Assembly: GCA_947381905.1 (NCBI GenBank)
Contig: CANCXL010000008.1
Coordinates: 2,037 to 66,036, forward strand
Length of the DNA stretch: 64,000 nucleotides
From: an uncultured Clostridiaceae bacterium
Lineage (GTDB): Bacteria > Bacillota > Clostridia > TANB77 > CAG-465
Direction of reading: 5' to 3'
Shown here: piece by piece, positions 55,250 through 64,000 of the stretch
Layout of the letters: every line of letters begins with the position of its first letter
How positions within the stretch are numbered: position 1 is the stretch's first letter
Program-made: the position numbers and the translations under genes
The notes under the pieces: model-generated
Seen by the model: only the letters and a program-made list of their open reading frames with translations
Databases searched by the model: none
What the model was told of the DNA's origin: nothing

Positions 55250-56827
55250 ATGAATACGATTTTGATATTAATCACTTTTATTATTTCGTTATTCTTAATA
55301 GTAGTAAATGTAAATAAATTTATGCATATATTTCAACAGTCATTTTACCAGATAGATGAATTTATTCCAGCTATAAAGACAACTAAATCAGCTAGGATAA
55401 AGGGATATGAAATTGTATTATTAGCTATTGCAATATTGTCTTTTTTTAGTTCATACTTTTTTATTGGTTTTGCTGTAGTTAGTGTATTTTCAGCATACAA
55501 AACTATAAATAATAGACCAGTTGCAAAGAAGAAATTTGTATATACTAATAGAGTAAAAATCACATATAGCATAATAGCCATATTACTTATTTTAAGTATT
55601 TTAGGTGTATTTATTTTAAAAGATAGTTATACACCAATAGTATTTTGTATACTTTCTATGTATAAATATGTGTCTATTGGCATTATGCTGGCTGGAAACA
55701 TCATTGCACAACCAATACTAAAATTACTAAATTTGAGGTATATTAAAGAGGCCAAAAATATAATTAAATCTAATAAAAATATGAAGATAATTGGTATAAC
55801 AGGAAGTTATGGTAAAACATCTACTAAAAATATAGTAGCATCTCTTTTAGAAGAAAAATACATAACTGTTATGACACCTAAAAGTTATAATACTACTTTG
55901 GGTGTAGTAAGAACTATAAGAGAACAAGTAAAACCTTATACAGAGGTATTTGTATGTGAGATGGGAGCTGCACGTCTTGGAGAAATTGCTGAAATCTGTG
56001 ATATAGCAAAACCAGATATATCAGTTATAACATCAATTGGTCCACAGCATTTAACAAGCTTTAAATCTATGGATAATATAATAAAAGGAAAATTTGAAAT
56101 AATAACTAATTCTAAAGAAAAAAATATAGCTATTTTAAATGTAGACAATGAAAATATAAAAAAAGGAATTGAATTATATGCAAAAGATAGTGAAATAATA
56201 CAATATAGCTTGCAAAATAAAGAAACACAATATAGAGTAGAGAATATAAATATGTCAGATAAAGGAAGTATTTTTGATATTATAGATTCTTCAGGAAAGA
56301 TAACAATAGAAACAAGGCTTCTTGGAAAACATAGTATATATAATATTGTATGTGCTGTAGCAATAGCAAAAGAGTTAGGAATGACTAATGAAGAGATTCA
56401 AAGAGGCGTAAAAAAGATTAAACCTGTAGAACATAGATTAGAGCTTAAAACAATGGGAGGAATACTTGCTCTAGATGATGCATTTAATTCTAATCCTGAA
56501 GGCTCAAAGGCTGCTATAGAAACGTTATGTATGTTTAAAGATAAATATAAAGTAATGGTTACTCCTGGAATGATAGAGCTTGGAGAAAAAACAGACGAAT
56601 TAAATAAAAAGTTTGGTGAATATGCAACGGCATTAGATTATGTTATTCTTGTTGGAGAAGTTACAACAAAAAAGATAAAAGAAGGAATGGATGAAAAAGG
56701 ATATAAAAACTATATAGTGGTAAAAGATTTATATGAGGCATTTGCAAAACTTGAAGAAATACAAGTAAGCCATAACAATTTACTTGCATTATTTGAAAAT
56801 GATTTACCAGATAGTTATATAAAATAA
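55250..56827 (+). CDS. MurF-like Mur ligase whose N-terminal about 170 aa form roughly four TM helices
   Basis: Central domain IGITGSYGKTSTKN and C-terminal LDDAFNSNPEGSKAAIETL are MurF-like. Residues 1-170 are hydrophobic helices instead of the usual soluble N-domain. Confidence 0.65.
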   Translation: MNTILILITFIISLFLIVVNVNKFMHIFQQSFYQIDEFIPAIKTTKSARIKGYEIVLLAIAILSFFSSYFFIGFAVVSVFSAYKTINNRPVAKKKFVYTNRVKITYSIIAILLILSILGVFILKDSYTPIVFCILSMYKYVSIGIMLAGNIIAQPILKLLNLRYIKEAKNIIKSNKNMKIIGITGSYGKTSTKNIVASLLEEKYITVMTPKSYNTTLGVVRTIREQVKPYTEVFVCEMGAARLGEIAEICDIAKPDISVITSIGPQHLTSFKSMDNIIKGKFEIITNSKEKNIAILNVDNENIKKGIELYAKDSEIIQYSLQNKETQYRVENINMSDKGSIFDIIDSSGKITIETRLLGKHSIYNIVCAVAIAKELGMTNEEIQRGVKKIKPVEHRLELKTMGGILALDDAFNSNPEGSKAAIETLCMFKDKYKVMVTPGMIELGEKTDELNKKFGEYATALDYVILVGEVTTKKIKEGMDEKGYKNYIVVKDLYEAFAKLEEIQVSHNNLLALFENDLPDSYIK

Positions 56828-56846
56828 TATGAAAGGAAGTATTAGT

Positions 56847-58043
56847 ATGAAGACAGTAATAGGAATATTTTTTGGAGGAAAGTCAGTAGAACATGAGGTA
56901 TCAATAATATCTGCTATGCAAGTTATTGAAAATCTTAATAAAGAAAGATATGATGTAGTACCTGTATATATATCAAAGGATAACAGATTTTATACATCAG
57001 AACTATTAACAAGAGTTGAAGAGTTTAGAGACTTAGATGAGGTAAAAAGATTATCTAATGAAGTATATTTTACACAAGATGAAGGAAAAATGGTATTAAA
57101 TGCTAAAAAAGGAATATTTAAAAAAGTGCTTGCTAAAATTGATGTTGTATTTCCTGTAGTTCATGGGCTTAATGTTGAAGATGGAACTTTAGAAGGACTT
57201 TTAGAAATGTATAATGTTCCATATGTTGGATGTGATGTATGCTCATCTGCTGTTGGAATGAATAAAATTGTATTTAAAAAAGTTCTTGAAGCATCTAAAT
57301 TACCAGTAGTTGAATATGAAACATTAAATGTATCTGAATTTGAAGAGGATATGGATAAAGCCTTTGAAAAAATAACTAGAACTTTATCTTTGCCAGTAAT
57401 TGTTAAACCATCAAACTTAGGATCAAGTGTTGGAATTGAAGTTATTAAGAAAAAAGAAGAATTCAAAGAAAAAATGCAAAACGTATTTGAATTTTGCGAT
57501 AGTGTTTTAGTAGAAAGATGTGTAACTAATTTAAGAGAAATCAATTGTTCAGTTCTTGGAAATTTTGTTGAACAAGATGTATCAGTTCTAGAAGAGCCAA
57601 TTAAAAACGATGAAATTTTAAGTTACAAAGATAAATATATGGGAAATGGTTCAAAAGGTGGAAAACTTGGTACAAAATCTTCAAAACTTGGAGGAACTAA
57701 AGGTTCAGGAATGGCATCATTATCTAGAAAGATACCAGCAGATTTAACTAAAGCTCAAGAAGAAGAGGTATATAAGCTTGCAAAATCTACTTTTAAAATA
57801 TTAAATTGTGAAGGTATTTCTAGAATAGACTTTATATTAGATGGAGATAATAATAAAATATATGTAAATGAGATTAATACAATACCAGGATCACTTTCAT
57901 ATTATCTTTGGCAACCAAAAGGAATTGAGTTTGACGAACTACTTGACAGAGCAATTCGTTATGCTATAAAAAGAAAAGAAAAAAGAGATAAAATAACATA
58001 TTCTACAAATGTAAATATTTTAAATATATCTGGGAAAAAATAA
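56847..58043 (+). CDS. ddl: D-alanine--D-alanine ligase family ATP-grasp enzyme with an enlarged omega-loop region
   Basis: IFFGGKSVEHEVS N-terminus, ATP-grasp motifs and NEINTIPG. A Gly/Lys/Ser-rich insertion of about 23 aa lies between KY and IPA. Confidence 0.8.
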   Translation: MKTVIGIFFGGKSVEHEVSIISAMQVIENLNKERYDVVPVYISKDNRFYTSELLTRVEEFRDLDEVKRLSNEVYFTQDEGKMVLNAKKGIFKKVLAKIDVVFPVVHGLNVEDGTLEGLLEMYNVPYVGCDVCSSAVGMNKIVFKKVLEASKLPVVEYETLNVSEFEEDMDKAFEKITRTLSLPVIVKPSNLGSSVGIEVIKKKEEFKEKMQNVFEFCDSVLVERCVTNLREINCSVLGNFVEQDVSVLEEPIKNDEILSYKDKYMGNGSKGGKLGTKSSKLGGTKGSGMASLSRKIPADLTKAQEEEVYKLAKSTFKILNCEGISRIDFILDGDNNKIYVNEINTIPGSLSYYLWQPKGIEFDELLDRAIRYAIKRKEKRDKITYSTNVNILNISGKK

Positions 58044-58212
58044 AAATATGGAGTATAACTCCGTATTTTTTTACTGTAAATTTTATTTTTTTGTTATTAT
58101 TATGTATAAAATAGTAAAAATATGGAAATAATATAAATTAATATTAAGTTCTTCACAAAGAATTATTTTTATAGTATAATGATTTTATGAGATAAATATT
58201 GGGGTACAATTT

Positions 58213-59850
58213 ATGAAAGAAAAAATGGTAGTAATAATAAGAACAGTAATAATAACCATAATAATTAGTGCATTATTTGTTATTGCTGGGGATTTTAAAA
58301 TAAAAAATACTGGAGTTAAAGAGGCAAGCTTAATAATATATGGGGATACAATTGCAAGCGGATATAATCCGTTTGTTGAAGATTCTAAAGTGTATTTATC
58401 TGTAGATACTGTAAAAAAATTTATTGATGAAGATCTCTTTTTTGATTCAGCAAGTGAAAAAGTAATAATAACTACAGAAGATGAATTATATAAGTTTACT
58501 TTAGGAAAGAATATTGCTACAAAGAATATGAATGAATATGATGCTAAATCATATTGTAAAATGGTTAATAATACAGCATATATAGATATGGGGCTTGTAA
58601 AAGACATTTATAAAATAAAATGCGAATATGATGAGGAGACTAGTACTATATCAATAGACAAGCTAGATACAAGTGATATTCATTTAAATTATAATCAAGT
58701 TAAATTATATTCTGGTCTTTCTACTAAATCAGATATATTAGAGACTTTAAATATAGAAAATACAGTTACAGTATATACTGAAAGCTTAAAACATAATCGT
58801 TGGTATAAAGTAAAAACTGATAGCGGTAAAATTGGTTATATAGATAAAAAGGCTGTAACAGTAGATAAAAAACAAGAAAAAGATAACGATGAACAAAAAA
58901 ATGAAAAACAAGAAAAGCTTATGATGTTTTGGCAATATGGTAGTAATTTAAATACACTTGGAGAAAAAGTAGATGGAGTAAATGTAGTAATGCCAACGTG
59001 GTATGCTATATCTGATAGCGATGGAAGTGTAGAAATAAATTATAGTAAAGACTATTATAACAAAGCAAAAGAATATGGATATGAAATCTGGCCTATTATA
59101 ACAAATGGAATAGATAATCCAGATTTAAATACAAAACAAGTTACATCTCAAATAATGAGGGATGAACAAAAAAGAGAAAATTTAATTAGAAATATTGTAG
59201 ATATAATAGAAACAAATAAACTTGATGGTATTAATATAGACTTTGAATCAATGGAAAGTGAAGATAAGTATTTATATACAGAGTTTTTAAGAGAGTTATA
59301 TCCAATGGTAAAACAAACCGGAGCTAAACTTTCAGTAGATATATACTTTACAGGATATATAGATAGAATGGGAGTAGGAAAAGCCTGTGATTATGTCATA
59401 CTTATGGGATATGATCAAAGAGGAAATTGGTCTAAAGAGGCAGGGTCAATATCAGAGATATCATGGGTAGAAAATAATGTATCATCATTAATTAATGATT
59501 CAAAGATACCTTCAAATAAAATAATTTTAGGTGTACCATTCTATACGAGATTATGGATGGAGGAAAGTGATGGAACACTTACTACTAAAACATATTCAAT
59601 GAATAATTCACAAGAGTTTTTAGATAAATATAATTTAACACCTAATATGGATAATATATCTGGTCAAAATTATGTTGCAGTAGAATTAGGTAATATAATG
59701 TATAAACTTTGGATAGAAGATGCACAATCTATGGAAAAAAGAGCAGACACTGTTTTAAAATATGATCTAGCTGGAATTTCTGCATGGCAAAGAGGTTTTG
59801 AAACAGAAGATATATGGCAAATTTTAAAGAATAAGTTAAAAGAAAAATAA
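58213..59850 (+). CDS. Glycoside hydrolase family 18 protein (YaaH/SleL-like) with an SH3b-like domain
   Basis: LDGINIDFE catalytic motif (DxxDxDxE type), NRWYKVKTDSGKIGYI SH3b-like segment, and a TM anchor. Confidence 0.75.
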   Translation: MKEKMVVIIRTVIITIIISALFVIAGDFKIKNTGVKEASLIIYGDTIASGYNPFVEDSKVYLSVDTVKKFIDEDLFFDSASEKVIITTEDELYKFTLGKNIATKNMNEYDAKSYCKMVNNTAYIDMGLVKDIYKIKCEYDEETSTISIDKLDTSDIHLNYNQVKLYSGLSTKSDILETLNIENTVTVYTESLKHNRWYKVKTDSGKIGYIDKKAVTVDKKQEKDNDEQKNEKQEKLMMFWQYGSNLNTLGEKVDGVNVVMPTWYAISDSDGSVEINYSKDYYNKAKEYGYEIWPIITNGIDNPDLNTKQVTSQIMRDEQKRENLIRNIVDIIETNKLDGINIDFESMESEDKYLYTEFLRELYPMVKQTGAKLSVDIYFTGYIDRMGVGKACDYVILMGYDQRGNWSKEAGSISEISWVENNVSSLINDSKIPSNKIILGVPFYTRLWMEESDGTLTTKTYSMNNSQEFLDKYNLTPNMDNISGQNYVAVELGNIMYKLWIEDAQSMEKRADTVLKYDLAGISAWQRGFETEDIWQILKNKLKEK

Positions 59851-60049
59851 TAATTATATAAGTAATAAACTATAAATTGATAAAGAGAAAATGCATTTTA
59901 TGTATTTTCTCTTTTGTAATATAAATGTAATATTTTGAAATAGCGCGAGGATACTCGCATTTACTAATTTTTAACTAATTTATTGTAATATAAATGTTGT
60001 TGATTTTAATATATATATTTGTTAATATTTAGGCACAGAGGTGGAATAG

Positions 60050-60403
60050 ATGTTTAACTCAAACGACAAAATACAAGAATTTAGAAATATTTTAAATAAA
60101 CAGAATGAAAAATCTAGTGTAAATTTAATTGGTACTACATATACAGTTATACCAACTGAAATTGAAATTACACCAGTTACAAATAAATATAAAGTAATAA
60201 TAACAATATTACTAGTACTTTTATGCCTATTTATTGGCATAAATATAGCTACTAGCATGATACAAGATTCAAAGACTAAGGTACTTGTAGATTACAATGA
60301 AAATATGGATGAAAAAGTTACTGTAAGTGAAAGTTATGATTGCGAAGACATATATCTTTTAAATGGAAAATTAAATATAAAGAAGGAGTATAGTCTATCA
60401 TAA
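60050..60403 (+). CDS. Hypothetical single-TM protein
   Basis: ORF with one hydrophobic helix; RBS GAGGTGG. Confidence 0.4.
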   Translation: MFNSNDKIQEFRNILNKQNEKSSVNLIGTTYTVIPTEIEITPVTNKYKVIITILLVLLCLFIGINIATSMIQDSKTKVLVDYNENMDEKVTVSESYDCEDIYLLNGKLNIKKEYSLS

Positions 60404-60607
60404 TATATTTAAATACAACAATGTTTATTCTATATAAGCATATTAAAATATCTCTTTAATATGGTCGATTTTAATCGATCATATTTTTTTGCTTTTTTAA
60501 GTAATAGTCAATAAAATTTATTATAAAATTTAACATAAAACATTAACAAATTGACCAATCTGTGATATAATATAACCTATGATGTAAAAAAGTGTATAGG
60601 AGTGTGA

Positions 60608-63600
60608 ATGATGTTAATAAATGCAGAAGAGATTAATAGCATATTATTTGATGCTGGTACAGATATAACTAATAGAGGTAAAAAATACTTTGAACAAGAT
60701 AGGGTAAAAGTTGCAGACTTTAATAGAGTATCTGAAAATAATTATGTTGCTAAATCTTATGTTGAAGGAACATATATATATGAAACTGAGATTAAGAAGA
60801 CAAATGGTGCATTGTCTTTTAAGTGTGAGTGTCCAACATATACAAAGAAAAATGTTACATGTAAACATGTAGTTGCAATGATTTTTGATATGTATATTAA
60901 TGAATCATCATATTTAAACTATTCTAAAAAAAGCGAATCAACTAATATAGATGACGATGTAGTAGAAAATAAGTCATATAAAGATAAGATAAATGAACAA
61001 AGAGAAAATAATGGATTAATGGCATACTATGAAAATCTTGAATTAAATAGAAATATTGATAAAGAAAGTGTAGATATAGAGCCTATATTTTATCTTGTAA
61101 ATGATATAAAAAAAGAATTAGAGGTATCATTTAAAATTGGGAAAGATAGGATGTATATTTTAAGGGATTTATACAAATTTAGTGAAGATATGCAAAAGAG
61201 CGCTATAAATAAGTATGGTAAAGAACTTGAATTTAAACATTCTATTGATTCATTTACGAAAAAATCTCAAGGTCTTGCTAAACTTATTGTGTCTAAAGCT
61301 TTAGAATATAATGAATTTTCTAAATTAGGTACATATCATTTTACGGTAAATAAAAGATACAAAACAAACTTTAAGTTAAAATACTCATTATTAGATGAAA
61401 TTTTTGAATTACTAGAAGGACGAAAAATATCGATTGAAGATTATGAGTATGAAAAAGCATATGGTATGATTACTTTAGAAAATAGTGATCCAGCATTTGA
61501 TATAGAAATTATAGATTTAGGTAAAAATGGATTATCTGTTATATCTAATAGTGATAAGTATTATGTGTTTGAAGGTCAAGAATATTCATATGTATTATAT
61601 AAAGATAAGTTACATAGATGTAGTGATGAGTTTAGAGCAAAAGTATTACCTTTAATTGAAAAGTTATCACAAGATCCAGAGGGAAAAATAACAATCTCTC
61701 AAGGAAGTGCTACAAGCTTTTGTGAATACGTAATACCTGCGCTTAAGGACTCTACAACTCTTATAATAGAAGATGGAATACTTGAAAAATATAAAGCAGA
61801 AAAACTTGGAACAAAAATATATTTAGATATAGATACAAAAGGAAATATTGTAGCAGAAGTAAAATTTTGTTATGGTAATGATGAGTTTAATCCATTTGAT
61901 AAAGATTTAGAAGTATCATGTAATAGGAATATTATCGAAGAAGCAAGAGCAAAAGAGTTATTTAAAATGTATAATTTTGTTATTAACTTTAAAAAACATA
62001 TAATATATCTTTCTAATGAAGATGATATATATACTTTCTTAACAGAAGGTGTAGATAAATTTATGGAAAAATTCGAAGTACTTATTACAGATAAATTAAA
62101 AAATAAACAAATAATTACACAAAAAACTTTCAATATGGGAGTAAGAATAGAAAATAATTTCTTGGAAATAGACTTTAATGAGTTAGGTTTAGATGAAAAC
62201 GAATTAAAAGATATCTTTAAAAGATATAAATTACGTAAAAAGTATTATAGATTAAAAAATGGAAGCTTTATTAACATTGATCAAGATGGAATTGGATCAC
62301 TTGTTAATTTAGCCAAAACATTAAATATAACAGAAAAAGATATAGTAAATGGTACTGTTGAAATACCAAGATATAGAGCTTTATACATAGACAATTTTGC
62401 AAAAGATGATAGTATGAATATTAATATCAACTTAGATAATGAATTTAGAAATACAGTAAAGAGTATAAAGGATATAGAAGATGTTAAATTTGAAGAGCCT
62501 GAAGAATTAAAAGGAGTGTTAAGAAGCTATCAAAAAACAGGATTTAACTGGCTAAAAACATTAGAAAAATATGGATTTGGTGGAATTCTTGCAGATGATA
62601 TGGGACTTGGAAAGACAGTTCAAGTTATAGCTTTACTTCTTGATGAAAAGAAAAGAACAGGTCTAACATCAATTGTTGTTTGTCCAAGTTCATTATATAT
62701 TAACTGGGAAAAAGAAATAGCAAAATTTTCAAATAATAAAGTAAAAACTTTAATTATTTCTGGACATGCAGAACAAAGAGAACAACTAATAAAACAAGTA
62801 AATGATTATGATGTTGTAATTACTTCATATGATTTATTAAAAAGGGATATAGAACAGTATAAAGATTACAAATTTAAATATGTTATAGCTGATGAAGCTC
62901 AATTTATTAAAAATAACAATACTAAAAATGCAAAAGCGTTAAAAGAGTTAAAAAGTGAAGTAAGATTTGCTCTTACTGGTACACCAATAGAGAATTCTCT
63001 TTCAGAACTTTGGTCTATTTTTGATTTTATAATGCCAGGATATTTATATACATATAAAAAATTTAAAGATGAATTTGAAACATTTATAATTAAAGAAAAT
63101 GATAAACCTACAATGGATAGATTACAAAAACTTGTTGCACCATTTATTTTAAGACGTATAAAGAAAGAAGTTTTAAAAGAATTACCAGATAAAACAGAGC
63201 AAATAATGTATAGTAAGATGGATGAAGAGCAACAGAAACTATATAACTCATATCTAGCTTTAGCAAAGGTTAAGATGAAGCAAGAGATTGCATCTAATGG
63301 GTTTGAGAAAAGTAAATTTAAAATATTATCCCTTATTACAAGACTTAGACAGATATGTTGTCATCCACAATTATTTTTAGAGGATTATTCTGGAGAGAGT
63401 GCTAAACTAAACCAATGTATAGAAATAATTGAGGGAGCAGTTGCATCTAAACATAAAATATTATTATTTTCTGGATTTACTTCTATGTTTGACATTTTAA
63501 CACCGGAACTTGAAAAAAGAGGAATAGAGTATTCTATTCTTACTGGTCAAACTAAAGTAGATACTAGAATTGAAATGGTAGATGAGTTTAATAAAGATGA

Positions 63601-63910
63601 CAATATTAAAGTATTTTTAATATCTCTTAAAGCAGGAGGAACTGGACTTAATCTTACAGGAGCAGATATGGTTATACACTTTGATCCTTGGTGGAATATA
63701 TCTGCACAAAATCAAGCGACAGATAGAGCTTATAGAATTGGGCAAAGAAATAACGTTCAAGTATTTAAGCTAATAAGTGAAAATAGTATAGAAGAAAAAA
63801 TACAAAAATTACAAGATAAGAAACAAGATTTAACAGATTCAGTAATTAAATCTGGGGAAACATTTATATCACATATGTCTCAAGAGGAGCTAATGGGATT
63901 ATTTGAATAA
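60608..63910 (+). CDS. SNF2-family helicase with an N-terminal SWIM zinc finger (YwqA-like)
   Basis: SWIM motif CECPTYTKKNVTCKHVVA; SNF2 motifs LADDMGLGKT, DEAQFIKN, GTPIEN; helicase C motifs GGTGLNLTGAD and QATDRAYRIGQ. Confidence 0.9.
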   Translation: MMLINAEEINSILFDAGTDITNRGKKYFEQDRVKVADFNRVSENNYVAKSYVEGTYIYETEIKKTNGALSFKCECPTYTKKNVTCKHVVAMIFDMYINESSYLNYSKKSESTNIDDDVVENKSYKDKINEQRENNGLMAYYENLELNRNIDKESVDIEPIFYLVNDIKKELEVSFKIGKDRMYILRDLYKFSEDMQKSAINKYGKELEFKHSIDSFTKKSQGLAKLIVSKALEYNEFSKLGTYHFTVNKRYKTNFKLKYSLLDEIFELLEGRKISIEDYEYEKAYGMITLENSDPAFDIEIIDLGKNGLSVISNSDKYYVFEGQEYSYVLYKDKLHRCSDEFRAKVLPLIEKLSQDPEGKITISQGSATSFCEYVIPALKDSTTLIIEDGILEKYKAEKLGTKIYLDIDTKGNIVAEVKFCYGNDEFNPFDKDLEVSCNRNIIEEARAKELFKMYNFVINFKKHIIYLSNEDDIYTFLTEGVDKFMEKFEVLITDKLKNKQIITQKTFNMGVRIENNFLEIDFNELGLDENELKDIFKRYKLRKKYYRLKNGSFINIDQDGIGSLVNLAKTLNITEKDIVNGTVEIPRYRALYIDNFAKDDSMNININLDNEFRNTVKSIKDIEDVKFEEPEELKGVLRSYQKTGFNWLKTLEKYGFGGILADDMGLGKTVQVIALLLDEKKRTGLTSIVVCPSSLYINWEKEIAKFSNNKVKTLIISGHAEQREQLIKQVNDYDVVITSYDLLKRDIEQYKDYKFKYVIADEAQFIKNNNTKNAKALKELKSEVRFALTGTPIENSLSELWSIFDFIMPGYLYTYKKFKDEFETFIIKENDKPTMDRLQKLVAPFILRRIKKEVLKELPDKTEQIMYSKMDEEQQKLYNSYLALAKVKMKQEIASNGFEKSKFKILSLITRLRQICCHPQLFLEDYSGESAKLNQCIEIIEGAVASKHKILLFSGFTSMFDILTPELEKRGIEYSILTGQTKVDTRIEMVDEFNKDDNIKVFLISLKAGGTGLNLTGADMVIHFDPWWNISAQNQATDRAYRIGQRNNVQVFKLISENSIEEKIQKLQDKKQDLTDSVIKSGETFISHMSQEELMGLFE

Positions 63911-63918
63911 TACAATTT

Positions 63919-63949
63919 AAAGAGTGGTCTTTTAATGACCACTCTTTTA
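63919..63949 (+). terminator. Intrinsic terminator
   Basis: AAAGAGTGGTC / GACCACTCTTT stem. Confidence 0.65.
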
Positions 63950-63969
63950 GGTAAAATTATTTCCTATTT

Positions 63970-63998
63970 TTGACACATCCACCTTGCTGTGATATAAT
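63970..63998 (+). promoter_or_regulatory. Near-consensus sigma-A promoter facing out of the right edge of the window
   Basis: TTGACA (63970-75), 17 nt, TATAAT (63993-98), with TGTG upstream as an extended -10. Confidence 0.6.
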
Positions 63999-64000
63999 TA

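Noticed and set aside
53400-58043. Vancomycin-resistance (van-type) cluster interpretation of alr-murF-ddl
   Set aside because: There is no VanR/VanS two-component system, VanX/VanY peptidase, VanH dehydrogenase or VanT-type membrane racemase. ddl-murF linkage is normal housekeeping synteny in Bacilli. Ligase specificity cannot be read from the sequence by eye.
60608-63910. SWIM-SNF2 helicase as part of a phage-defence system (DISARM or BREX-like)
   Set aside because: It is a single gene with its own promoter and terminator. It has no adjacent methyltransferase, phospholipase D, DUF1998 or other partner genes. It matches the widespread YwqA-type housekeeping architecture.

Overview
This is a very AT-rich window (roughly 70-75% A+T by eye). 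It looks like a chromosomal segment of a low-GC, endospore-forming Firmicute, probably a Clostridia-like organism. Supporting genes are sigK, bofA, sleB-ypeB, yqeG, ireB-ruvX-DUF1292, frr-cdsA-rseP, pcrA, hflX and topB. I count about 60 protein genes, mostly housekeeping, envelope or sporulation related, and almost all are on the + strand. I saw no rRNA, tRNA, CRISPR array, transposase or integrase. Four things stand out. (1) A non-coding island at about 32.7-34.3 kb holds a head-to-tail array (period about 167 bp) of self-contained small-RNA-like units. Each unit has a consensus promoter, a 5' hairpin with a G-rich loop that looks like a ribosome-binding site, a U-rich linker and an intrinsic terminator. 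The units are interleaved with two unannotated small-protein genes (59 and 64 aa). Paralogous copies of the small-protein transcription unit lie at about 51.2-51.6 kb and about 0.39-0.88 kb, and they share the promoter box, leader hairpin and a 3' UTR that mimics the 16S 3' end. I regard this as the best candidate for something undescribed. (2) A GC-enriched, hairpin-dense non-coding stretch of about 610 nt (12850-13461, minus strand) has its own promoter and runs straight into a 4-TM protein gene. This fits the known OLE RNA / OapA arrangement. (3) A tight alr / alpha-beta hydrolase / MurF-like ligase / Ddl operon is unusual in two ways: the MurF-like protein has about four TM helices in place of the N-terminal domain, and Ddl carries an insertion of about 23 aa in its omega-loop region. 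(4) An orphan pair encodes a secreted 2-TM protein and a 583-aa protein with a degenerate MinD/CpaE-like P-loop. All functional calls come from reading motifs in the supplied translations. I could not run homology searches, covariance models or folding-energy calculations, so the RNA calls in particular are hypotheses.
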